Source of the DNA: Dehalococcoidia bacterium
Lineage (GTDB): Bacteria > Chloroflexota > Dehalococcoidia > SHYB01 > SHYL01
Assembly (NCBI GenBank): GCA_009692825.1
Contig: SHYL01000002.1
Location: 1-58,990, forward strand
DNA: 58,990 nucleotides
Direction: 5' to 3'
In this document: in pieces, positions 7,937 through 19,012 of the stretch
Position numbering within the stretch: position 1 is the stretch's first letter
How the letters are laid out: every line of letters starts with the position of its first letter
Notes under the pieces: model-generated
Seen by the model: only the letters and a program-made list of their open reading frames with translations
Told to the model about the DNA's origin: nothing
Databases searched by the model: none
Made by a program: the position numbers and the translations under genes

Positions 7937-9646
7937 ATGAAGCTTACTGGCTCACAAATGGTAATCGAATGCCTTCTCAAAGAAGGGGTGCACACAATAT
8001 TTGGGTACCCAGGAGGAGCCATTCTGCCGTTTTACCAAACGCTCCCACAGTACCCACAGCTGCGCCATATCCTCGTTCGGCACGAGCAAGGCGCCACGCA
8101 TGCTGCGGACGGATTTTCCCGCGCTACCGGCAAAATAGGCGTGGCAGTTGCCACTTCAGGCCCGGGCGCTACCAACATGGTTACAGGCTTAGCCACTGCG
8201 CTTATGGACTCCTCACCATTGATTGCCATTACAGGCCAGGTAGCTCGTTCGGCTATCGGAAAAGACGCATTCCAGGAAACAGACGTAACGGGCGTGACCA
8301 TGCCTGTTACAAAACACAACTACCTCGTGATGGATGCAAAAGATATCCCAAGGATCATGCGGGAGGCTTTCTACATAGCTCAAACCGGCAGGCCCGGCCC
8401 CGTTTTGATAGATATTCCAAAAGATGTACAGCAGGAACTGGCCGAGTTTGTATGGCCTGAAATCGTAGACCTAGCCGGATATAAACCTTTGTCTGAAGTT
8501 CCTCATGCCCAGGTGAAAAAGGCAGCGGAACTTATCAACGAGTCTCACAGGCCTCTCATTCTGGCAGGCCATGGTGTAACAATATCCGGCGCCTTCCACG
8601 AACTGAGAGAATTGGCGGAGAAAGCGCAGATTCCAGTAGTAACCACGCTGCTGGGAATAAGCTCGTTTCCGGAGAGCCATGTGCTCCATGTAGGCATGCC
8701 TGGAATGCACGGCACAGCCTACGCAAACTATGCTATCGACAGCGCAGATGTTTTGATTGCCATCGGCATGCGCTTCGATGACCGCGTCACGGGAAAGCTC
8801 AGTGAGTTCGCACCGCACGCCAAAGTCATACATATCGATATCGACCCCGCAGAAATCGGCAAAAACATTAAAGTCGACGTACCGATCGTGGGAGATGTGA
8901 AACCTGTTCTCAAAGCTATGCTCCCGTCCATCGCTAAGAAAACTCACACCGAATGGGTTTCTCAGATAAGCCTGTGGCGCAAAGAGCATCCCCTTCACTT
9001 GCGTGATACCAAGGGCATCCAGCAACAATACGTTATCCAAAAGATACAAGAAGTAACGAAGGGTAATGGGATCATCGTCACGGGAGTAGGCCAGCACCAG
9101 ATGTGGGCTGCCCAGTACTTCAAGTCTGACATGCCGGGAACCTTTATCTCGTCGGGCGGGCTTGGAACGATGGGATTTGAAGTGCCGGCTGCAATGGGCG
9201 CACAGGTTGGGCGCCCGGACATGACTGTGTGGTCCATCGCCGGCGACGGAGGATTCCAAATGACCATGTCTGAGCTTGGAACTATGGCTCAGGAAAAGAT
9301 TCCAGTGAAGTTTGCCATCATGAACAATGGCTACCTGGGCATGGTACGACAGTGGCAAGAGGTCTTCTACCAAAAGCAATACGTGGCTACACCGCTATTC
9401 AACCCGGACTTCGTGAAGCTGGCAGAGGCGTACGGAATGCTTGGACTCAGAGTTACTGAAAAGAGCGAGGTTATTCCAGCCATTAAAGCGGCTATGAATT
9501 ACCCAGGACCGGTGCTGGTGGACTTCCGAGTCGTGGAAGACGACAACGTATTCCCGATGATTGCTCCCGGCACATCTGTGAAACAGATGATTGAGGAGAA
9601 GGAAAGCCTGGTCGCGATGGAGGATCCTCCAGAAGCGTCAAGCTAA
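7937..9646 (+). CDS. ilvB: Acetolactate synthase large subunit
   Basis: ThDP enzyme with the IAGDGGFQM ThDP-binding motif and a typical N-terminus, MKLTGSQMVIECL. GGAG lies 7 nt upstream of the ATG at 7937. An in-frame ATG also occurs at 7925. Confidence 0.95.
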   Translation: MKLTGSQMVIECLLKEGVHTIFGYPGGAILPFYQTLPQYPQLRHILVRHEQGATHAADGFSRATGKIGVAVATSGPGATNMVTGLATALMDSSPLIAITGQVARSAIGKDAFQETDVTGVTMPVTKHNYLVMDAKDIPRIMREAFYIAQTGRPGPVLIDIPKDVQQELAEFVWPEIVDLAGYKPLSEVPHAQVKKAAELINESHRPLILAGHGVTISGAFHELRELAEKAQIPVVTTLLGISSFPESHVLHVGMPGMHGTAYANYAIDSADVLIAIGMRFDDRVTGKLSEFAPHAKVIHIDIDPAEIGKNIKVDVPIVGDVKPVLKAMLPSIAKKTHTEWVSQISLWRKEHPLHLRDTKGIQQQYVIQKIQEVTKGNGIIVTGVGQHQMWAAQYFKSDMPGTFISSGGLGTMGFEVPAAMGAQVGRPDMTVWSIAGDGGFQMTMSELGTMAQEKIPVKFAIMNNGYLGMVRQWQEVFYQKQYVATPLFNPDFVKLAEAYGMLGLRVTEKSEVIPAIKAAMNYPGPVLVDFRVVEDDNVFPMIAPGTSVKQMIEEKESLVAMEDPPEASS

Positions 9647-9661
9647 TTGGATGTATAAATA

Positions 9662-10201
9662 ATGAAGATAAGTACACAAAGAACAATTACTGCACTGGTT
9701 GAAGACAAGCCCGGCGTCCTGAACAGGGTGACAAGCCTTTTCAGACGCAGGGGGTTCAACATCGGAAGCTTGGCTGTTGGGCCTAGCGAGATTCCGAATC
9801 TCTCGAGGCTTACGTTTATCGTCGATCCAGGACCCGGAGACGTCGAGCAGGTCACAAAGCAGCTGTTAAAGCTGATCGACGTTATAAAGGTTGTAGATGT
9901 GACGGACTCAGAAACCGTCACCAGAGAAATGGCGCTAGTAAAGGTCAAGGCAGAAGCGACTTCACGCAGCGAGATAATTCAGATCATAGAGATATTCCGT
10001 GCGGACATTCTGGATGTTTCCCCAGAATCGATAATTTTAGAGGTAACTGGAGACTCCAAGAAGGTAGATGCAATAATCGAGCTTCTGAGGGGCTTTGGCA
10101 TAATGGAAGTGATGCGCACAGGGCTTGTTGCTATGACTCGCGGCAAGCTAGGGCCGCTCACATCCTCTCATCACAACGGCACATCTCCAAAGGGCGACTA
10201 A
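9662..10201 (+). CDS. ilvN: Acetolactate synthase small (regulatory) subunit
   Basis: ACT-domain signature LVEDKPGVLNRVTSLFRRRGFNI. It lies directly downstream of ilvB. Confidence 0.9.
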   Translation: MKISTQRTITALVEDKPGVLNRVTSLFRRRGFNIGSLAVGPSEIPNLSRLTFIVDPGPGDVEQVTKQLLKLIDVIKVVDVTDSETVTREMALVKVKAEATSRSEIIQIIEIFRADILDVSPESIILEVTGDSKKVDAIIELLRGFGIMEVMRTGLVAMTRGKLGPLTSSHHNGTSPKGD

Positions 10202-10223
10202 AAATTAAGGAAGAAATAATTAA

Positions 10224-11240
10224 ATGACTGCAAAGATCTACTACGACAAGGACACCACTCTCGACCCACTCAAGGGCAAGCATATCGGCATTATCGGGTA
10301 TGGGAGCCAGGGTCACGCCCATGCGCTCAACCTGAAGGACAGCGGGCTGGACGTGCGGGTAGGCCTACGCAAAGACTCCAAGTCCAACGCTAAGGCTCAG
10401 GCTGCTGGACTGAAAACTGATACGGTCGAGAAGGTAGCCGAATGGGCAGATATCATCATGATGCTCGCGCCAGACGTTGCTCAGCGCGATATCTATGACA
10501 AAGAGATCAAGCAGCATATGAAGCCGGGCAAAACCATCATGTTTTCTCACGGATTCAACATTCATTTCAAGCAGATCGTACCGCCCGCGGTTGTAGACGT
10601 CAGCATGATTGCCCCAAAGGCGCCCGGTCACCGTGTGCGTGAAGTATTCACAGAAGGCTCAGGCGTGCCTATGCTGATAGCCGTCCACCAGGACGCGTCC
10701 GGTCATGCCAAAGAGATCGCGCTTGCCTATGCCAAAGGCACTGGCGGCACTCGCGCAGGGGTGCTGGAAACAACATTCAAAGAGGAGACGGAAACCGACC
10801 TATTCGGCGAGCAGGTAGTGCTCTGCGGCGGCGTAACCTCACTTGTAAAGAATGCCTTCGAGACGCTTGTAAAGGCAGGCTATCAGCCTGAGGTCGCTTA
10901 CTTTGAGTGCATGCACGAGCTCAAGCTGATCGTTGACCTAATGTATCAGGGCGGTATGAACTACATGCGCTACTCAATATCAGATACAGCAGAGTATGGC
11001 GACTACACTCGTGGGCCGAGGGTCATCGATGCAAACGTGCGCAAGAGCATGGAGAAGATACTTGGCGAAATCCAGGACGGCTCCTTCGCCAAAGAGTTCA
11101 TCACTGAAATACGCGAAGGTGGCACCAATTTCTTAGCGATGCGTGAAAAAGAGAAGAAGCATCAAATCGAGCAGGTCGGCTCGGATCTACGAGGGATGAT
11201 GAGCTTCATAGAGAAGCCAAAAGACAAAGGGGCTTACTAA
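10224..11240 (+). CDS. ilvC: Ketol-acid reductoisomerase
   Basis: NADP-binding motif [17 protein letters not shown]. Class I KARI length (338 aa). Confidence 0.95.
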   Translation: MTAKIYYDKDTTLDPLKGKHIGIIGYGSQGHAHALNLKDSGLDVRVGLRKDSKSNAKAQAAGLKTDTVEKVAEWADIIMMLAPDVAQRDIYDKEIKQHMKPGKTIMFSHGFNIHFKQIVPPAVVDVSMIAPKAPGHRVREVFTEGSGVPMLIAVHQDASGHAKEIALAYAKGTGGTRAGVLETTFKEETETDLFGEQVVLCGGVTSLVKNAFETLVKAGYQPEVAYFECMHELKLIVDLMYQGGMNYMRYSISDTAEYGDYTRGPRVIDANVRKSMEKILGEIQDGSFAKEFITEIREGGTNFLAMREKEKKHQIEQVGSDLRGMMSFIEKPKDKGAY

Positions 11241-11265
11241 CAACGACACCAAATAGAGGTAAATC

Positions 11266-12843
<1,578 letters not shown>

Positions 12844-12897
12844 ACTCTAGCTTCCAAGGAATGTTATATAAAGAATTGAAAGAATCAGGACTAAGTT

Positions 12898-14301
12898 ATG
12901 CCACCTAAAACCATGTTCCAAAAAATCTGGGAATCCCATACTGTATACGAGGAGACAAGCAAACCTTCGCTTCTCTATATAGATTTGCACCTTGTGCATG
13001 AAGTGACTTCACCGCAGGCATTCGAGGGCCTACGCCTGACCGGTAGAAAGGTCCGCCGCCCTGAGCTAACGCTGGCGACTGTGGACCACAATGTGCCTAC
13101 ATGGTCTCGTTCAATCCCGCCAGACGATGAAACGTCTATAAAGCAACTCGATACTATGTCAGCTAACGCTAAAGAGTTCGGCGTAAAGCTCTACGACATC
13201 CACAGCCCTATGCAGGGCATCGTACACATCATTGGGCCTGAACAGGGCTACACCCAGCCTGGAATGGTTATCGTCTGCGGCGACAGCCACACCTCCACGC
13301 ATGGAGCATTTGGCTCCTTAGCGATAGGTATAGGTACGTCAGAAGTTGAGCATGTCCTGGCGACCCAATGCCTGGTGCAGGCTCTCCCAAAAACGATGGA
13401 AATAAGAGTCGAGGGTAAGCTGCCGAATGGCGTGACTGCAAAAGATATTATCCTGGGGATAATCGGCAAGATAGGCGTGGACGGCGCCACCGGCTACGTT
13501 ATCGAGTACACAGGCGACGCCATCAAAGCACTAACGATGGAAGGCCGTATGACCGTGTGCAACATGTCGATTGAGGCAGGCGCACGGGCAGGCATGATTG
13601 CGCCAGATGAGACTACATTCGCCTATATAAAAGGCCGCCAATTCGCCCCCATGGGTGACGACTTCGCCAAGGCGGTCGAGGGATGGAAAAAGCTCCCAAG
13701 CGATGTAGGCGCTACCTATGACAAAACTGTTGTATTCAACGCCGCTGACCTGGTTCCGTATGTGACATGGGGAACCAACCCTGGCATGGTGGTAAAGGTT
13801 ACAGAGAGCATCCCAAATCCAGATTTGCTTACGAGCGCATCAGAGCAAAGGGCGATAAAGCAGGCCCTGGAATATATGGGGCTTAAGCCCGGCACACGCC
13901 TGATGGATATTCCTATCGACCGTGTCTTCATAGGCTCATGCACTAACGGGCGCATGGAAGACCTCCGCGCTGCCGCTTCCGTAATCAAAGGCCATAAGGT
14001 CAACCCCAAGGTCAAAGCTATGGTCGTTCCCGGGTCGGTAGCTATCAAGATCCAAGCCGAAAAAGAGGGATTGGACAAGATATTCAAAGATGCCAATTTC
14101 GACTGGCGCGAGGCGGGCTGCTCGATGTGCCTGGGCATGAACCCGGACATCCTGAAACCCGGCGAGCGCTGCGCATCAACATCCAACCGAAACTTCGAGG
14201 GCAGGCAGGGCAAGGGCGGTCGTACTCACTTGGTCAGCCCCCAGATGGCAGCTGCCGCGGCTATCGCTGGACACTTCGTAGACATACGAGAGTGGAAGTA
14301 A
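12898..14301 (+). CDS. leuC: 3-isopropylmalate dehydratase large subunit
   Basis: Aconitase-family protein with Fe-S ligand motifs GSCTNGR and CSMCLGMN. Confidence 0.95.
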   Translation: MPPKTMFQKIWESHTVYEETSKPSLLYIDLHLVHEVTSPQAFEGLRLTGRKVRRPELTLATVDHNVPTWSRSIPPDDETSIKQLDTMSANAKEFGVKLYDIHSPMQGIVHIIGPEQGYTQPGMVIVCGDSHTSTHGAFGSLAIGIGTSEVEHVLATQCLVQALPKTMEIRVEGKLPNGVTAKDIILGIIGKIGVDGATGYVIEYTGDAIKALTMEGRMTVCNMSIEAGARAGMIAPDETTFAYIKGRQFAPMGDDFAKAVEGWKKLPSDVGATYDKTVVFNAADLVPYVTWGTNPGMVVKVTESIPNPDLLTSASEQRAIKQALEYMGLKPGTRLMDIPIDRVFIGSCTNGRMEDLRAAASVIKGHKVNPKVKAMVVPGSVAIKIQAEKEGLDKIFKDANFDWREAGCSMCLGMNPDILKPGERCASTSNRNFEGRQGKGGRTHLVSPQMAAAAAIAGHFVDIREWK

Positions 14302-14311
14302 GAGGGAAAAC

Positions 14312-14911
14312 ATGGAACCATTTAAGAAACTCACCGGAATCGTAGCGCCGCTGGACCGCGTTAACGTCGACACTGACCAGATCATACCAAAGCAGTTCCT
14401 GAAACGCATCGAACGCACAGGCTTTGGGCAGTTCCTATTCTTCGACTGGCGCTTCCTTCCCGATGGCAAACCAAACCCCGCCTTTGAGCTGAACGCGCCA
14501 AATTACAAGGGCGCAACCATCCTAGTAGCCGGTCGCAACTTCGGCTGCGGCTCGTCACGCGAGCATGCACCTTGGGCGCTCCTGGACTACGGCTTCAAGG
14601 TGGTCATCGCTTCGAGCATCGCGGATATATTCAGAAACAACTGCTTCCAGAACGGCATGCTACCCATAATTCTGCCCGAGGAAACGGTGACTAAACTGTT
14701 GGATGCAGCCAAGAAGATCCTCGGTTACAAGATAACCGTCGATCTCGAAAAACAGACTGTCAGTGACGGCGAGACCTTCTCGGCAAAATTTGATGTCGAC
14801 CCATTCAGGCGCAACTGCCTGATAAACGGCCTGGACGATATAGGCCTTACGCTTCAAAACGAAGCGAAGATCACGGAGTTCGAGCGTAAGAGAGTCGCTG
14901 CAGCTAAGTAG
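14312..14911 (+). CDS. leuD: 3-isopropylmalate dehydratase small subunit
   Basis: [17 protein letters not shown] motif. It ends with a TAG stop. Confidence 0.95.
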   Translation: MEPFKKLTGIVAPLDRVNVDTDQIIPKQFLKRIERTGFGQFLFFDWRFLPDGKPNPAFELNAPNYKGATILVAGRNFGCGSSREHAPWALLDYGFKVVIASSIADIFRNNCFQNGMLPIILPEETVTKLLDAAKKILGYKITVDLEKQTVSDGETFSAKFDVDPFRRNCLINGLDDIGLTLQNEAKITEFERKRVAAAK

Positions 14912-14933
14912 CTTCCATCTATAGAATAGGCGC

Positions 14934-15851
14934 ATGGCAAAAAACCGTCATCCGCTGTTCAGAGAAGATCGAACTCCAGCGCCCCTTAACAGAACACTCT
15001 TCCTCGCGGCTGCAGACCGAAAGCGGTTCTCTAAGATTCCGTCGATTCCAGACCTCAAACATACGTCTTTTGCACGTTCCCTTGACCACATTTATTGCGG
15101 AGACTGCCTTGAAGGCCTTCGCGCTCTACCCAACACCAGGGTTAATCTCGTTTTTGCGGACCCTCCGTACAACATAGGCAAGGACTTCGGAAACAACCGG
15201 ACACGCGTCAGCGAAGAGCACTATGCTCAGTGGATCGAAAGATGGCTAGCAGAGTGCAAACGTGTGCTAAAACCGAATGGCAGCATCTACGTCTGCTCAG
15301 AATGGCACGATTCATTGATAATGCAGACGGCTCTCAAGAAACACTTCACCATTATGAACCGCATAACGTGGCGAAGAGAAAAGGGCCGTGGCAGCGCCCG
15401 CAACTGGAAAAGCAACATGGAAGACATCTGGTTCTGTGTACAGAGTGACCAATACACGTTCAATGTTGACGACGTGAAGCAGAAGAAAGAGATAATCGCG
15501 CCGTATAAAGTTAACGGGAAGCCAAAGGACTGGGTAGAGCGCAACGGCGAACGCTTCCGGATGACGCACCCCTCCAACATATGGGTGGACACCGTGGTCC
15601 CGTTCTGGTCCATGCACGAGAACACGCCACACCCTACGCAGAAGCCAGAACTTGTCCTGGAACGCATCATCAAGGCCAGCTCCAACGTTGGAGATGTAGT
15701 GTTGGACCCATTCATGGGCTCAGGAACAACGGCAGTCGTGGCGGAACGCCTGAACAGGCGCTATATGGGATTTGAACTCAACCCTGAATATGTGATGCTC
15801 GCAATGAAAAGGCTGGAAGTCTCGGACAAAAAGAATAGGGCTTCAGAATAA
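14934..15851 (+). CDS. Site-specific DNA methyltransferase, beta-class N6_N4 family (DPPY, probably N6-adenine), orphan
   Basis: Motif IV (FADPPYNIG) precedes motif I (DPFMGSGTT), which is the beta order. It starts 22 nt after leuD with no hairpin between them. No nuclease gene is adjacent. Confidence 0.85.
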   Translation: MAKNRHPLFREDRTPAPLNRTLFLAAADRKRFSKIPSIPDLKHTSFARSLDHIYCGDCLEGLRALPNTRVNLVFADPPYNIGKDFGNNRTRVSEEHYAQWIERWLAECKRVLKPNGSIYVCSEWHDSLIMQTALKKHFTIMNRITWRREKGRGSARNWKSNMEDIWFCVQSDQYTFNVDDVKQKKEIIAPYKVNGKPKDWVERNGERFRMTHPSNIWVDTVVPFWSMHENTPHPTQKPELVLERIIKASSNVGDVVLDPFMGSGTTAVVAERLNRRYMGFELNPEYVMLAMKRLEVSDKKNRASE

Positions 15852-15865
15852 ACCAAAGCCCTATT
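15826..15865. terminator. Bidirectional intrinsic terminator hairpin spanning the methyltransferase stop codon
   Basis: AATAGGGCTT (15834-15843), a 12-nt loop, then AAGCCCTATT (15856-15865). On the minus strand it is followed by CTTTTTG, which fits termination of the convergent 15882-16439 gene. Confidence 0.6.
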
Positions 15866-15881
15866 ACACAATTATCTAGAT

Positions 15882-16439
15882 TTAAGCTACGTGCTTGCTG
15901 ATCAGCTCTCGCATTTCCTTGATGCTTTCCTGGCGGTAGTGTTCCCACCTGGGCATCGTTAGCTCGCCGAACTTGGAACGGTCCGCACCTAATTTAGCGC
16001 GTACCTCTTCATACTCCGCAATAGTTGATTCGGCACGCTCTATCCAGTGACAGATGTATTTCAAGTCTTTTGTATAGAAAACAAATACAGGGATCGATTG
16101 AAACTCGCCTTTATAGAGGAACTGGTTCATGATATCCAGGTTCTGATCCCGGAAAAAGACCTTGAGATCAAGTCCTGTCTGTTCGGCAAGCTTCGCAATC
16201 ATCGGCATGCCGCGAATAACATCGGGGCACCAGCCCTCACCCAGCGCAAGTATCTTCGCGGGACCGTTTGGTTTCTTGGCGGCGTCCGTGAAAAACTTAA
16301 CGTCTTCGGGTTTTAACTGAAACTCCTGGTAATTTTTGTCGAATTTATCGACGTTGATATCTAACTTGGTAAGCCAATCCTTATAACTAAGTCCCTTGGC
16401 AAATCGCTCCGGCGCTACGACGTTTGTCTGTGTGGTCAT
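15882..16439 (-). CDS. Thioredoxin-fold family protein (monothiol WCPDV motif)
   Basis: 185 aa. LALGEGWCPDVIRGMP followed by SIPVFVFY is a typical thioredoxin-like layout. Confidence 0.7.
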   Translation of the reverse strand: MTTQTNVVAPERFAKGLSYKDWLTKLDINVDKFDKNYQEFQLKPEDVKFFTDAAKKPNGPAKILALGEGWCPDVIRGMPMIAKLAEQTGLDLKVFFRDQNLDIMNQFLYKGEFQSIPVFVFYTKDLKYICHWIERAESTIAEYEEVRAKLGADRSKFGELTMPRWEHYRQESIKEMRELISKHVA

Positions 16440-16617
16440 CTACCCTCCTGGATATTGCTTGTTTTGTATGGAATCTATATTAGCTTATTTAGTAGTCAGC
16501 TAAGTAAGAAATGCAGAGAAAAAGTAACATCTGGCGATACACGTGTCAAGAATGCATCGCATTGGCTATGCTTGCGCGCGTTGAAAATTTTGGCTAACAT
16601 CTCCGAACAGACCGCAT

Positions 16618-16693
16618 GCCGAGGTAGCTCAGTCGGTAGAGCACATGACTGAAAATCATGGTGTCGCCAGTTCGATTCTGGCCCTCGGCACCA
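16618..16693 (+). tRNA. tRNA-Phe (anticodon GAA), CCA encoded
   Basis: Manual cloverleaf:
- Acceptor GCCGAGG/CCTCGGC.
- D arm GCTC/GAGC.
- Anticodon stem CATGA/TCATG with loop CTGAAAA.
- T arm GCCAG-TTCGATT-CTGGC. Confidence 0.95.
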
Positions 16694-16723
16694 TACATAA
16701 GTGCAATACGCAGTGGTGAGCCA

Positions 16724-16936
16724 ATGAATAATACGAACGACGCGAAAAAGACCAAAGACACTAAAACCGGAAACATCTACAATTCCAGGGCAGAGGCAGG
16801 CCAGGCGATTGCGCCAGAGTTAGGGTTAGACCCAAACAAAGACGGGATATGGTTTGAGGTTGCCTCACAGTGTCCTCTCGGCAGGTTTGTTGACGTGGCA
16901 AGCGGACTACCGATAAAACGAACCGGCAGAGTGTAG
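16724..16936 (+). CDS. Hypothetical small protein (70 aa) between two tRNA genes
   Basis: The ATG is preceded by GGTGAG. The listed ORF start at 16658 would overlap tRNA-Phe, so the internal Met was chosen. I recognise no family. Confidence 0.4.
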   Translation: MNNTNDAKKTKDTKTGNIYNSRAEAGQAIAPELGLDPNKDGIWFEVASQCPLGRFVDVASGLPIKRTGRV

Positions 16937-16962
16937 TACCCTCAAAGATAATAGCCTCACGA

Positions 16963-17048
16963 GCCGAAGTGGCGGAATGGCAGACGCGACGGTCTCAAAA
17001 ACCGTTGGGAGCAATCCCGTGTGGGTTCGACTCCCACCTCCGGCACCA
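16963..17048 (+). tRNA. tRNA-Leu (anticodon CAA), long variable arm, CCA encoded
   Basis: Anticodon stem ACGGT/ACCGT with loop CTCAAAA. Variable arm GGGA-GCAA-TCCC. T arm GTGGG-TTCGACT-CCCAC. There is one A.C mismatch in the acceptor stem. Confidence 0.85.
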
Positions 17049-17070
17049 CCAAAGCTAAAATGAGAACCTC

Positions 17071-17352
17071 TCAGGCGTGTTGTCCCAATTTCATCTTATC
17101 GAGCAGCGGTAAAAAGTCATCGGCAGCGATTCCCAATTTGATTTCCGTTTGTGTACCAGATGCTTCAGCCCTTCTTGATAAATGAATTGCAATCACGTTT
17201 CCAGAAGAATCGAACACAGGTGACCCGCTACTTCCTGCAGCACTAACGGCATCGTATTGAATGACGTTACTAAAAACGGTGAATAACTACCGCCCGTTTG
17301 AATAAACCTCGAGATAATCCCCCGTGTGACAGATGGCTGGCCAGCAGTTTGC
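17071..17352 (-). pseudogene. Remnant of a trypsin-like (S1/HtrA-type) serine protease: 5'-truncated and frameshifted
   Basis: One frame reads ...GQPSVTRGIISRFIQTGG. The next frame reads LFTVFSNVIQYDAVSAAGSSGSPVFDSSGNVIAIH...* and contains the catalytic Ser motif GSSGSP. The N-terminal His/Asp part is missing, and no ORF of 60 aa or more remains. Confidence 0.65.
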
Positions 17353-17473
17353 CAATTGCTTATATAAGTAGTTCATATGGGCCTGCCGCGTATGATTTCT
17401 TATCTACACTATTGTCTTATTGGTGCTTAACCGTGGATAATAGATAGGTATAAAGGTTATCCCCTATTCTTAC

Positions 17474-18427
17474 ATGAACGAAAATCTTCCTACAAAAACA
17501 GCGATAGTAACGGGGTCGGCAGGGTTTATCGGGAAACACCTGATCGATACACTTATGTTTAATCGTGAAGTCTCCTACCATGTATCCGAGATCGACACTG
17601 TTGCAACTGTGTCTGTAACACCAGTCAATATTTCCAAGGATGAAAAGGCGCTTGCTGAAGCGATCAAGCTGGCTGATGAGGTATACCATTTCGCCGGGAT
17701 AGAGAACGAAGAATACCTAGAAACACACCCCGATGAAGCAGCAGCACAGGTACAGGGAACCTCGAACGTCCTCAGGCTCTGCTACGAATTTAAGAAGCCT
17801 GTCGTTATTACTTCCTCATCAGCTGTATATGGGCCTTCTCAAGGCAAACCGTTGGTAGAAACTGACCGCTTGCGGCCGGAAACACGTTACGCCGAAACAA
17901 AATTGATGGAAGAGGATACCGCGAAGCAATATGCTTCCCGCGGTCTGAAAGTTGGCATAGCGAGGTTATTCAGCATCTACGGACCCGGTATGGAGAAGGC
18001 AGTTACTTATAAGAACCCGTTTATATCAAACATGATTTTGAGGTTGTCCAGCGGAATGAATCCGCAAATATTCGAAGAGCCCGACAAGATCCGAGATTTT
18101 CTATTCATTGACGATGCCGTTCAGGCGCTCCTCATCATCATGAAAGCTACGGTCGATGGAAAGAAGGAGACCATATATAACGTAGGATCCGGGTCTCCGA
18201 TAAAGATGAGCAAAGCAGCCGTGACGATAGCCGAAATTATGCTCACACAGGGACAGATAGGCAACATACCACAGATACGGTTCACGAACACAAGCAATAA
18301 CCTGCCCAAGTACTCTGCGGACACTACACGGATGCATGCGTTGGAATGGCGTCAGAAGGCATCCTTTGCAGGCGGCGTAGCGAAAACTGCGGCGTCTCTC
18401 GTCCAGGTACGCATCAAAAGATATTAA
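17474..18427 (+). CDS. NAD-dependent epimerase/dehydratase family protein (extended SDR)
   Basis: The Rossmann motif is [11 protein letters not shown] and the catalytic YxxxK motif is RYAETK. The ORF is 317 aa. Confidence 0.85.
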   Translation: MNENLPTKTAIVTGSAGFIGKHLIDTLMFNREVSYHVSEIDTVATVSVTPVNISKDEKALAEAIKLADEVYHFAGIENEEYLETHPDEAAAQVQGTSNVLRLCYEFKKPVVITSSSAVYGPSQGKPLVETDRLRPETRYAETKLMEEDTAKQYASRGLKVGIARLFSIYGPGMEKAVTYKNPFISNMILRLSSGMNPQIFEEPDKIRDFLFIDDAVQALLIIMKATVDGKKETIYNVGSGSPIKMSKAAVTIAEIMLTQGQIGNIPQIRFTNTSNNLPKYSADTTRMHALEWRQKASFAGGVAKTAASLVQVRIKRY

Positions 18428-18441
18428 GAAAAGAGGCCGTT

Positions 18442-18630
18442 ATGGTAATTGGCACAGAACGAACGAACTGGCACAGCCAGCACCCACCAGCCTGTACTTG
18501 TGAGGATTGCACCAACAAAGCCGCAGACCAGAGACGGTTTCAGGAGCAATACGGTAACCTGAAAGTCGGGCGCAATGACCTCTGCCCTTGTGGAAGCGGT
18601 AAGAAATTCAAGAAATGCCATGGTGGTTAG
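18442..18630 (+). CDS. SEC-C motif small metal-binding protein
   Basis: The C-terminal sequence [15 protein letters not shown] is the SecA-type SEC-C motif. The Met at 18442 avoids overlap with the epimerase. Confidence 0.7.
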   Translation: MVIGTERTNWHSQHPPACTCEDCTNKAADQRRFQEQYGNLKVGRNDLCPCGSGKKFKKCHGG

Positions 18631-18708
18631 GCAGCAAGTCTGACGGAAGTAATATCTAAAAATCTCGGGTTTTCAAGACAGGACAGCCCGAGCATCGCAG
18701 ATGGCTTC

Positions 18709-18996
18709 ATGAAAGCTCTAGGCAAGTCCCCGAATGAATCCGCATCAATAGCGGAAATCACGTCCCTTATACAAGGGCTATCACGGTCAGACTGTGCCGT
18801 ATTAGCTGCCATGATAACGAATGCAGCAGGAGTTTCCCGAAATCTTGCGTCCGTACTTGCAGACGCTCTTCAAGGAACAATCGGCAAAGAAGCCGGATTT
18901 ACAAGTTTTATTAATGACTTCATTAACTTGAACAGAGGCACAGGCCTAAGGCCAAGTAAACCCAGCTTATTCCGCATGGTATCCTTAAATTATTAG
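18709..18996 (+). CDS. Hypothetical protein (95 aa), weak call
   Basis: This is the only sizeable ORF in the gap. It has no clear RBS and no recognisable motif. An antisense 61-aa ORF competes with it. Confidence 0.3.
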   Translation: MKALGKSPNESASIAEITSLIQGLSRSDCAVLAAMITNAAGVSRNLASVLADALQGTIGKEAGFTSFINDFINLNRGTGLRPSKPSLFRMVSLNY

Positions 18997-19012
18997 CCAT
19001 GGGAAACCCTGA

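Noticed and set aside
8471-9379. 302-aa minus-strand ORF, plus the Arg-rich 192-aa ORF at 7882-8460
   Set aside because: Both lie entirely inside ilvB, which is unambiguous. Their composition is atypical and they carry no motifs, so they are alternative-frame artefacts.
16963-17470. Integrated mobile element at tRNA-Leu (integrase, att repeat)
   Set aside because: No integrase, recombinase or transposase ORF and no obvious duplicate of the tRNA 3' end could be seen by eye. Only the protease remnant supports past rearrangement, so it is reported as a low-confidence islet rather than a mobile element.
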